The notes under the pieces: model-generated
What the model was told of the DNA's origin: nothing
Database searches by the model: none
What the model saw: only the letters and a program-made list of their open reading frames with translations
DNA from: Octopus vulgaris
Taxonomy: Eukaryota
Direction of reading: 5' to 3'
NCBI GenBank assembly: GCA_951406725.2
Contig: OX597824.1
Span: 4,216,001-4,280,000 of the forward strand
Length of the DNA: 64,000 bases
In this document: positions 53,788 through 64,000 of the stretch, one piece after another
How the letters are laid out: every line of letters begins with the position of its first letter
How positions within the stretch are numbered: position 1 is the stretch's first letter
Position numbers and translations under genes: made by a program

Positions 53788-53883
53788 CCAGCTTCTTTTT
53801 TCTTTTTCGTCAAAGTGAATTCAAATGGAACCAAATTCTAGCTCTTGATGGTGATCACGTGTTTTCATTAATTTAGGTTTCAG

Positions 53884-53906
53884 CACAAACCTCGCAGCAA
53901 GATTAA
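53884..53906 (+). CDS. candidate micro-exon HKPRSKI(N); alternative acceptor at 53877 gives VSAQTSQQD*
   Basis: Two close AGs after a T-rich tract and a strong donor TAA|gtaagt. Confidence 0.35.
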
Positions 53907-54067
53907 GTAAGTTTATCTACAGAAAACAGATTATGTCCAACACTGTGGGATATAATAAATACACCAGCTGAAGATTTATGTCCTATCCTCTTAATGCTAT
54001 GGAAATTGGAATTTAACTTCAACCTCATTGATTCTTAGGATTCAGAGCAGATTAACCTGTCTTTTAG

Positions 54068-54182
54068 CAATGCTGCAAAGTTGAGCATAGAAAGTAATGC
54101 TCCCAGAAGCATTGGAAGCTACATTATTACAAGCAGCATTGTAAAGAGAGAGAAAAACAACAAAACAAGTGTATATAAATAA
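54068..54182 (+). CDS. candidate last coding exon NAAKLSIESNAPRSIGSYIITSSIVKREKNNKTSVYK*
   Basis: ttaacctgtcttttag| acceptor, 37 open codons, and donor AAG|gtaaga 17 nt after the stop. Confidence 0.35.
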
Positions 54183-54914
54183 TGAATGGAAAACAAAAGG
54201 TAAGAAAACCATGATTTGTCAAAAGCAGATATATAAAGAGTACATTTGTGCAGAGAAATCATTCAATTCTAATATGCAAATATCTAATTCCATGAGATTC
54301 GTTTCAAGATTTTTTGCGCCGTACTTAATCCGTCACTTGATGTAACATCTCCACCTGATCATTAAGTGCTTTGAATAAGGTCTGTTCTGTTGCATGCAAT
54401 CAGGACCTGGTTTCTTGTTGTAATTTGTGAGCAGATACAGACACACCTTCAGGTCTCCAATCTTAGACCCTGTGCAACATCAAAGGAGGAGATAACCGAA
54501 TGAATAGGGGCTAGTTGCTCATTTTTAGTTGAATAAACTGGAGCAGTTTGAAATAATGTACCTTGGCCCAAAACGTGACACACTCTCCAAATTACAACCT
54601 TGTGATCACGAGCCCTACACTTCAGCCACTTAGTAAGACATGTGCCTCAACACACACATTAATGTAATCCTCAGGTAAAATTAGCATGACACAGTTTGAC
54701 AAGGCTGTTTCTTTTTGAATTACAGGTAGAATCTACCTGTTGAACTTGGAAACAACTTCCATCTCCCATCTATCCTAGTTTATGTACAAGGTATGGGCCG
54801 GCCCAATGCTATTAAAAATGATATTTGCCCAAGATTCCATGTGGTGGGATCGAGCAAGGAACCTTATGATTGTGAAGTGAACTTCTTAACCAATTGGCAA
54901 TACTTGCACCGTAG

Positions 54915-55458
54915 GGCCTCACAGAGGAAATGACGAAGACCGAGACCTCTGAGATATGCTGTGACTGTGAAGACCCGACAAATGAAGTGAGTTCATGGCT
55001 CGCAGGATGGCCTGCTGTGCTAACCTTGGATCGTAGAGTGACCTGCTGTTCTTGAGGAGATCTATTTGAGTCAAGTACGTTAACACCAACATCAAAATGA
55101 ATATCAAATGGAAATTGTAGTTAAGATACCCGTGCCGGTGACACGTAAAAAGCACCGCCTGAACGTGGCAGATGCCAGTGCTGCCTGACTGGCATCTGTG
55201 TTGGTGACACGTAAAAGCACCGACTGATCGTGGCTGTTTGCCAGCCTCCTCTGGACCCTGTGCCGGTGGCACGTAAAAAGCACCCACTACACTCACAGAG
55301 TGGTTGACATTAGGAAGGGCATCCAGCTGTAGAGATTCTGCCAGATCAGACTGGAGCCTGGTGCAGCCTCCTGGCTTCCCAGACCCTGGTCGAACCGCCC
55401 AACCCATGCTAGCGTGGAGAACGGACTTTAAACGTTGATGATGATGATGATGATGATG
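54915..55458 (+). mobile_element. long SINE family C copy
   Basis: Three 'ggtgacacgtaaaaagcacc'-like units, the family 3' end and a (GAT)n tail. Confidence 0.88.
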
Positions 55459-57149
55459 TTTATATGACATTAAAAAAGCCCCCTCTTCTTGCCTTATTGT
55501 TGAATATTGATCTGAAGGTGGGGTCTGTTTTATTAGTTATGTGTGTCTCAGACTGTCTCGCTGTATTATATCACCTACTACCATCACCACAAGACAATAT
55601 ACACTAGTAATTAATTCCTTCACAAATTAGGTCATGTTAATTGCTCTGAACCCATCCCTGCTGCCATTGAAAACACCAAATTTGATTGCTTTTGTATAAA
55701 GTCATAAATGAAAATATTTTCTTAAGATAATCGGAAATTTCTTTTTGTCTGTTTTTGTTTATACTAAGCTTAATGTGTGTGTGTGTGTGTGTGTGTGTGT
55801 ACGTGTGTGTGTGTGTACATGTATGAATGTGTTTGTATATGTGAGTCTGTGCTTCTGCATAAGTATTCAATTATGTGTGTTGTGCTTTTGAGCAGAGATT
55901 TGTGCTTGTACATGTGTGTGTGTGTGTGTGTACATGCAGGTGTGTATGCGTGTGCAGACTAATGAGTTTGTTTTGGGTGTGTTCTTAACGTCTCTTTTGG
56001 CAGGTATGCCTACTAGACATTAACTCTTTCAAACATTCCAAATGAAACATAAGAAATGATGTAGGCACTACCCTCTCTGTTTGTACAAATTATAGAAAAA
56101 ATATGAGAAGTATGAATGACTAACAGTGTGGAAGTAGGTACGTGTCTACAAGTTATGTTTCCATGACAGAGTGGGACTTTGAATATGGGATGGTTATGAA
56201 CACGAGTAAAGATGACTATGGTATTCAGAGCTGTGTAGAGTTGCTTCCCTTGTATGTATGTGTGTGTGTGTGTGTGTGTGTGCGTGTGTATCAGTACACA
56301 CACACACACATGCAAATGTCCTGTATTTTTAGTATATAGGGGTAATTGTATCTGTATTAGATTTGTTTTTAAAATTTGTACTTGTGTTTACTAGAGGAAA
56401 TCTCTCCTGTCCCTGTATGTGGGACCCCATATTTGTTTGCCCATTCTCTTTTACTAGTTGCAGCCCTTTAACTGGTTTCGGTTACTGGCCTATAGTCTTC
56501 GTTAATTATATTTGCTGTACTGCTTAGTCTAAAGCTCAATTTATTTTTTGCTACTTACTGAATGGTCCCATTCACCTATTGAGTTATGTCCCTTCCAGGG
56601 AATTATTCTCTTTAGTATTTGCAACACTTACCCCTCCCCACCCCCTTGTGCACACACATTTACACACTCTCTCACACATGCACAGATATACATGTATAAC
56701 ATGTATTTTATGTGTGTGTTAACAGCTTCCCTCAATGCTGTGCAATACTATGGAATATGGCCAAAGACCTACAGCCAACAATACCTTGTCTTCATCATCC
56801 TTTACTCTCTTCTTCCTCCCAGTCTTTCTGGGTTTGTCTCTTACCTTTTATGGCCATCACTGCGCTATTCACCACCAGGGCACTTCCCCTTTCACTAGAA
56901 CCATGCTCCATTCACACATTCAGACTATGCTTAACAGCAGGTCGTCTTGTAAATTCTCCCAGTTGTCTTTGATACTATGAACCTCTAGAAATCTCTTCAT
57001 TCTCGTTACCCTTGTTAACTCATACTTCTTTGAATTCATATCTGGCCATGGAGTCTTTCAACTTTCATACCATCCTTTTCTAAATTGTCTTGTGTCTCTG
57101 AATCTGTCCAGCTTGATATCACTAATCACCAAGTTTATATTGAGTGTCA

Positions 57150-57700
57150 CTGAAGCTTCCACCTCCTTTTGGTTGATGAAGTGTTGTGATCACAAGAATT
57201 GAGCCTTCGATCAAAGCAAGTAATAATCCGAGGGAGCTCAGTCTGGACCATATGCTGCATGCAGTATCAGACCAATTCCCTCAAGTTCCTGGAATTTACT
57301 CCAGATCATTTGAATGGCATGAGATCTTGTGTTGTCTTGTTAACCAATGCCAGCCATTTCTGTCGCACAGTTGCCTACATTTGCTCCAACTGTTTGGAGT
57401 TCCAGACTGGCCTCAGTAATTCAACAGTCCAGAACAAACTCATAGTCAATTGTCCCTTCATAATTCCAGATACAGAGCATCACCTTGTATTCCAAATGCC
57501 CATGTTCGGTAACAGGTTCTGGAAGCTGGCCCTTGCTTAACCACTGCTTATACACGTTAGGATTGTGGGAAAATATCTCCCTCCAATTATTATATGCTCT
57601 GATCCATGGCTCACTCCCTGTGCTTGTGATGCTTCAAAAGACAAGAACTGGTATCTGTATGGGATCAAAGAACTGGCAGAAAAGTGGCTTCAGAGGTTGC
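57150..57700 (-). pseudogene. mariner (DD34D) transposase remnant
   Basis: QWLSKGQLPEP...KVMLCIWNYEG, QDNTRSH and LHAAYGPD*APSDYYLL (cf. HPPYSPDLAPSDYHLF); contains stops and frameshifts. Confidence 0.85.
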
Positions 57701-58169
57701 AACACAATGGTCTCTACTGTGAATACTTGCCTGTCTTTGCCGAAACTTGATGAATAAAGTAAAAAAGTTACCAAGATATTGCCAAATATTTGACTCCACG
57801 CAATACTTTATAATTTCATCTACCGTTTGACATTTCTGACACTCAATGCACATCAGTATTTCACAAGACGTTACAGAAATGCTATCCAAAAAGCGTCCAA
57901 CTTGTTGCTTTACATGGTAACAGAATCCTACTCAAGAAGATATCAACATAGTGAAATATCTCTGTTAAGGTCGCCCAGGAGGCTTTGCTTCAATTTTGTC
58001 AGACAGGTGGCAACAAATCATTTGATAGGTCAGGCAGACTTCATGCTGCAACTTTCCAAACTGCTTATGATTAATTTTCTTTGTGTTGCATCCCTATTTA
58101 CACCATTTACCTGTGCTATAACAAACACAGTCGCTAGCAACAGTAAAAGGCAGCACTTGGACAATAAAA

Positions 58170-58693
58170 TGTCGATTGTGGAAAGACTTCAATCTAGTTA
58201 CAAGACATCCAGTGAAAATTCCAGAGATAACATAAAAAGGTGTCCAGGATCACCTGTGATTAAGCAGGGATCATAAAAATCGTATTAAAGGGAACTGGCT
58301 TAAAGACATGCTTTAACTGTCTATGAAGACACAACAAATAAAAAGTTGACTTCTGATAGGATCACATGTAATTATGCTGTATTCCAACAGCAGGATGGCA
58401 GTACATACTGCTATTCTGCCAAATGGGAGAAAGAATGGCTTAGAGAGAACAATGTTATTCTACTGGGTAAATGACCAGGACCGTTTCCTGTCCTGAATGC
58501 TATAGAAAATGCATGGTAGCATATGAAGATGAAAATTGTAGTGTATGATGCTTCATCAATTTTGAATTCAAAAGAAACAATATTGTGTATTTGGACACAG
58601 AAGATACTAAAAAACAACAAAATTTTGGTCAAAAGCATACCTGACTATGTTGTGGCCATCCTAGAGGCAAAGGAATATCATTCAAAGAACTGA
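58170..58693 (+). pseudogene. Tc1 (DD34E) transposase remnant, internally deleted
   Basis: FQQQDGS..YSAKWEKEWL, *PGPFPVLNAIENAW (cf. WPxxSPDLNPIENLW) and LVKSIPDYVVAILEAKEYHSKN* (cf. LVxSMPxRxxAVIxAKGxxTKY*). Confidence 0.85.
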
Positions 58694-58779
58694 GAAGTAC
58701 AACACTGTTATTTGTAGACTCTTCTAAAGTTACTTGTTTATCTTATCTTAAAATAATTCTTCTTGTTTTTCCTCCACAT

Positions 58780-58995
58780 CTGATGCCAGTGCCGCCTTGA
58801 CTGGCTTCTGTGCTGGTGGCACATAAAAAGCACCAACCAATTGTGACCACTGCCAGCCTCCCCTGGCACCTGTGACGGTGGCACGTAAAAGGCACCCACT
58901 ACACTCACGGAGTGGTTGGCGTTAGGAAGGGCATCCAGCAGTAGAAACACTGCCAGACCAGACTGGAGCCTGGTGCAGCCTCCTGGCTTCATCAT
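58780..58995 (+). mobile_element. SINE family C
   Basis: Matches the family. Confidence 0.85.
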
Positions 58996-60109
58996 CAGTT
59001 ACAATACATCACTGCATTCTATAGTATATTCAGGACTAATCACACGTGTGAACACACACAGGGTGTATGTGAATGTGTGTGAAGTGAGTCAGGGAGATGA
59101 CAAGAATTACAAGGTCAAACTGAAAGCTTTTGCAATGCCAATGATCCATGGTGCTTGTTACTAATCTTTGGTGTTTGGTTATTAACTACCAAGCCATGTC
59201 AACTGCCAATCAATGAATCTAGCTCCTACAACAGCTTGTGTGAGAAATTCTTCAGAGATTTGTGGATATGGGGGCTGCTGGAAATCAATTCAATTATATT
59301 TTTTAGGATTGAAATGAAGTGTTATTTTACTCTGGTTAAAATATCTTGACCATTTCTAAAAGTGACCATACTATAGCTAAGCTTTTCTTCTCATCATGCA
59401 AAATTCTAAATAACATATTTGAGTGCCGTACCATTCTCTAAATTTCAGTATTGAAACAAGCATTTGTACAGGTGTAGCCAGTGTTGGAATAGTTTTCTTA
59501 TAAGACAGATGTGGTAAGTCAGTTTTGCGTATAATGAAAGATAATATTTTCTCTCTTCAGACGAAAGTGATCTCCGTTTTGGAAATTTCTTTTTCTGTTT
59601 TTGACTTTAGTTTCTACCCTACCAAAAGTTTTATATTCTACTGATAATGTAGTGAAAGAAAAATAACACCCATGAAATTAATAATAATAACTCTTTCTAA
59701 TTCAGGTGCAAGACTAGCAATTTTGAGGAGATGAGGTTGAAGTACTTGGTAGATACATTTTCTTTTTATCAACCCTGAAAGGATGAAGGGTAATATTGCC
59801 TTCATCAGGACGTGAAGACAAAATGTAAAAAGCCACAACAAATGCTGCAAGACATTCTAATCATTCTCTCAATCCATCACTTTAACAACACAACCATCAA
59901 TAACAACAACAACAACAGCAATTATAATTTTTTCTACTAGAGACATAAAACCAGAAATCTGGAGTTAGGTGTCAATCATTTAAATTGATCCCTTTATTTG
60001 AGTGGTAATTATTTAATTGATATCAGAGGATAGAAGACAGACTTTGATGAGATTTGAAGCAAAATGTAAAGGGCCATAAGTGAATAAATACTACATGGTA
60101 TTACAGTCA

Positions 60110-60345
60110 AGGTGGCAAGCTGGTAGAAACGTTAGCACGCTGGGCGAAATGCTTAGTAGTATTTCATCAGTAGCTATGTTCTGAGTTCAAATTCTGCCAA
60201 GGTCGACTTTATCGTTCATCCTTTCGGGGTCAATTAAATAAGTACCAGTTATGCACTGGGTTCAATGTAATTGACTTAATCCGTTTGTCTGTCCTTGTTT
60301 GTCCCCTCTGTGTTTAGCCCCTTGTGGGTAGTAAAGAAATAGGTA
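60110..60345 (+). mobile_element. SINE family A
   Basis: Near full-length copy, very similar to 20789 and 40396. Confidence 0.9.
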
Positions 60346-60739
60346 TTTCATTCAAACCCCTATCATTCAGCCAGTTACCATCCTTTATAGGGATAACAAA
60401 TAATAATGATATTCTTCAGGATATGCACAAGGCCCACACATTATTTTTTGTGAGTGGGGGGGGGGGTGAAAGGATGGAGCAGTTGATTATATTAATCTCT
60501 GTATTTGACCAGATAACAAATATTGGTACTTAGATTAGTGATTTCCATAAAGATGAAAGGAAAAACTGATCTCTTTGAGATTTGAATTGAGAAGGAAATG
60601 TCAGAATGCGTTTTGCCTGATGCTCTGGTGATTCAGTCACTTTGCCATTTCTGAAATATGTGCCATATGTAAATTAGTGTTGTGAAACAGCATCGACACT
60701 CACCTGTAGTTCACTATGTAATGCAACTGTATGACAGAG

Positions 60740-61045
60740 AACGGTAGATCTTATATTCTAGTAATTAACCAAAGAATGAAGAAAAGTGTAGGATAATTGC
60801 TACTGCAATACCTGGAGACACTTGATAATATGGAGAATGATCGGGATCTCAAAGAAGAGATTGCAAATATGCTGCCATCAAAAAGAAAACAAATGTATTA
60901 GCAAGACTGATACGACCTCTAATAGATTACGGAAATGATTAACTAAAATAGAAATCAAAATGAAAAGAGAATACCCAAAAGCAGAGCAAAAGCAACTTTA
61001 TTGGGAAAGAATAGAATAATTAAAATGTGTTGAAGATTTAGATTA
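60740..61045 (+). mobile_element. degenerate RLE-LINE endonuclease/C-terminal fragment
   Basis: DLIF..., CRIIATAIPGDT (cf. IIDIAIPGD), DLKEEIA and ATLLGKNRII. Confidence 0.55.
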
Positions 61046-61166
61046 AGTACCAAATAAATAAGTATAAAGTGCTTTAGGGCCAAATTTACTGGCTGATTTC
61101 AGTTCTTGAAGGTGGCAACATAATCTAGTATTAGATTCCAAAATTAAAGAAAGAAATAATGAAAAC

Positions 61167-61197
<31 letters not shown>

Positions 61198-61974
61198 TGA
61201 TGACGATGATGAATGATGACAATGTTGATGATAATGACAATGATAAAAATGACGATGATGACAACAATACCAATAGAGAACAATAACTGTTTCAAGTTTT
61301 GACACAAGGCCAGTAATTTTAGAGGGGAGGGGTTAGTCAGTTACGTCACCCGACCGCCTCCCACCCCACACCAGTGGTCGGCAGTTACTTATTTTATCAA
61401 CCCCAAAAAGAATGAAAGACAAAGATGATCAGAGTGGGATTTGAACTCGGCATAAAAGAAGTGAGAACAAACACCAGAAGGCATTTTGTCTGGCAGTGAA
61501 ATGACCCTGTTGATTTGTTTGTTTGGAGGGTAAAGTATGAATAAAATGAGATGTTAGGTTAGAGATTGATAAAAGAGAAATCCTCAGAGCTAAGAAGCAA
61601 AAATAGAAAGAGAAAAGCTCAACTGCAAAGTTAGAGAGAAAGGGTACTTAGACAAGTTGATGCAGGGGTTAAAGAAAGGAGAGAATTGCAAAAGGAGCTT
61701 GATACCAGCTGATGTGATACGTCAGAAAGAATAAAGAAGACAGCTCAGCTGCATCAAGAATATGTGCTGAAAGAGAAGGGACAGCTGCCCACGAAGTATC
61801 TGAATGTAAGATGCCTGATCAGAAGGTTTGTGAGAATTGGAGAGAAGACAAGGGGCTAATATCTTACAGTGGGAAAGTTGGGGAAAGTTTGGATGCGAGC
61901 TGTGACCATAAAGCAGAACATGAAATGATACTAAAGGATATGAAGATTCAAAAGAAACATTTATGCCTAGACAT

Positions 61975-62500
61975 TGTAATTCATTATTTACATTTGATGG
62001 ATATTTGTCCTCCTCTTGTTTGTTGTTAACACGTTTTGGCTGATATACCCTCCAGCCTTCATCAGGTGTCTTGGGGAAATTTCAAACATTATTATTATTA
62101 TTATTATTATTTATTATCATACTGCCTGGAATTGAACTCGGAATCTTGGTGTTGGTAGCCCGTGCTCTTAATCACCACACCATATGCCCTTGGGAAATTA
62201 TGGAGTGAATTTTAGGGCTTATAAATCACTCCATAATTGCCCATGTGCATATGGCTGCTAACCCCAAGATTCCAAGTTCAATTCCAGGCTGTGGCCTGAA
62301 CAACAACGTCGTCGTTGTCGTCATCGTCGTCGAAAAATATCTTAGGAATGAGAATCCAGGTTCGAAATTTCCCCAAGACACCTGATGAAGGCTGGAGAGT
62401 ATATCAGTCGAAACATTGTGTTAACAAACAAGATGAGGACAAATGTCCATCAAATGGAAATAATGTATATAAATTCCTCATCTCTTAAATATAGAACTGT
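61975..62500. mobile_element. palindromic pair of family H1 units (tRNA head plus hammerhead), diverging from a centre at ~62215
   Basis: The left arm (minus) and right arm (plus) are reverse complements. Central IR: aattatggagtga / tcactccataatt. Confidence 0.85.
62377..62422 (+). ncRNA. minimal type-I hammerhead ribozyme motif (Penelope type)
   Basis: GACAC CUGAUGA A GGCUG gagaguauau CAGUC GAAA CA UU GUGUU: stem I GACAC/GUGUU, stem II, and both core boxes intact. The stem-III palindrome ACGU has decayed to ACAU. Confidence 0.65.
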
Positions 62501-63114
62501 AAGACATTTTTATATTCAATAGAGGTAAGTGCAGGGTAAAGAAAAATATGAGAACCTAGAACTAAAGAATTCAGGGAACTGGGAATTGTTGTAAAGTTGT
62601 TATTATCCTATTTGTAATAGGAACCAGAGTGGGGGACAGTGGTAAAAGTTTAAATGGTTAATTGAGGATATTGGATATGAAGGTGAATATCTTGATTCCG
62701 GAGAAAGCTTTTCAGGACGCAACTTGATATTTAGTAATCCAATACTGGAAGAACAACTGTGAAATGCTAAATGAAGAAAGACTGGTGATGGCAGTAAGGT
62801 CATCGCTGTTTTAATATCCACTTTTTCATGCTTGCATGCATCAGCTGGAATTTGTTGAGGCAAATTTTCTGCATCAGTTGCAGTTCGTGTCACCAACACA
62901 CACCAGTTTCCAAGCAAGGTAATATTTCTCATGACCGGACATGTTTTCACAGAAGACTGGAAATGGACGATATGTCTTGTATGATGATAACTCTCATTTA
63001 CAGCTATCATGTGGTGCCAAGGAGACACAAATACATACACCCACTCAGCCAACCACATACATACATACATACATACATATATACATACATATATACATAC
63101 ATACATACATTATA

Positions 63115-63510
63115 GTGCCTTCTGACTGGCTCCTGTGCTGGTGGCACGTAAAAAGCACCCACTACACTCTCAGAATGGTTGGCATTAGGAAGGGCATCCA
63201 ACTGTAGAAAACCTTACTAGATCAGATTGGGGGCTGGCGCAGAATCAGATTGGAGTCTGGTGGAAGGCTGCACCAGACTCCAGTCTGATTTGTCATGGTT
63301 TCTATGGCTGGATGCCCTTCCAAACCTCAACCACTCAGAGAGTGTAATGGGTGCTTTTACGTGCTACAGGCATGGGTGCCATTTGCATGACACCAGTATC
63401 TGCCATGACTGCAATTTCATCTGGCTTGATGGATCTTCTTCGCAAGCACATAATGCCAAATGTCTCAGTCATTCATCATTGCCTCTATGAGGCCCAACAC
63501 TTAAAAGGAG
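63115..63510. mobile_element. two family C SINE fragments fused as an inverted repeat
   Basis: Central IR aatcagattggagtctggtg/caccagactccagtctgatt, extended by outer arms (about 63135-63372). Confidence 0.85.
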
Positions 63511-63582
63511 CATTTCAAATACCACCAACATACTCACACACGTGTGTGTGTATATATATATGTGTGTGTATGTATATATATA

Positions 63583-63615
<33 letters not shown>

Positions 63616-63869
63616 TTATATATACATGGGTACATTCACACACAGAAATATATAAATGCATGTATTTTTAAACACGCGTACACTCACATACATAAGATGA
63701 TTATAAGTCCCAGAAGCTGTAGAATCTGATTCCAACCGTTGAGAGATCATTGCTCCAAGAGAATGCTAATAACTACCCTAACAACCACAAGTCAATACTG
63801 CTTTAGTTATTAAAATTCATTTCCAATAATAGCAAAACTATCAATTTCCTCCAAAAATTCTTTCTATTA

Positions 63870-64000
63870 CAGACACAAGGTTTGAAATTTTGCAGGGAGG
63901 GAGTAAGTTGGTTACATCGACCCCAGTGTTTAACTGGTACTTATTTAATTGAACCCAAAAGGATGAAAGGCAATTTGAACTCAGAACGTAGCAGCAGACA
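63870..64000 (-). mobile_element. SINE family A (cut by window end)
   Basis: Reverse-complement match to the family. Confidence 0.8.

Overview
AT-rich eukaryotic genomic DNA, dense in microsatellites and SINEs. The repeat landscape looks most like an octopod cephalopod (Octopus); this is an inference from recognising the SINE families, not a database result. Almost all ORFs in the track are translations of simple repeats. The recognisable coding remnants are all transposon fossils: an internally deleted Helitron (18.8-20.7 kb), a Penelope-like RT (50.8-51.3 kb), mariner and Tc1 transposases (57.1-58.7 kb) and several RLE- and CR1/L2-type LINE pieces. There are also intact Tc1-type and hAT-type MITEs and several foldback palindromes. 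Host-gene evidence is limited to splice signals: a phase-consistent chain of small minus-strand exons (27.6 to 3.3 kb) downstream of an RFX X-box/CCAAT promoter-like region at 34.9 kb, a phase-consistent chain of plus-strand micro-exons (48.4-54.2 kb) and one orphan exon (39.3 kb). None has a recognisable domain. The most interesting signal is two families of small repeats carrying minimal type-I hammerhead ribozyme motifs of the Penelope type. One is fused to a tRNA-like Pol III head and arranged as a ~520-bp palindrome (62 kb). The other has a non-canonical core (CUGUNGA) and sits in (TA)n tracts. SINE and LINE boundaries are approximate (read by eye).
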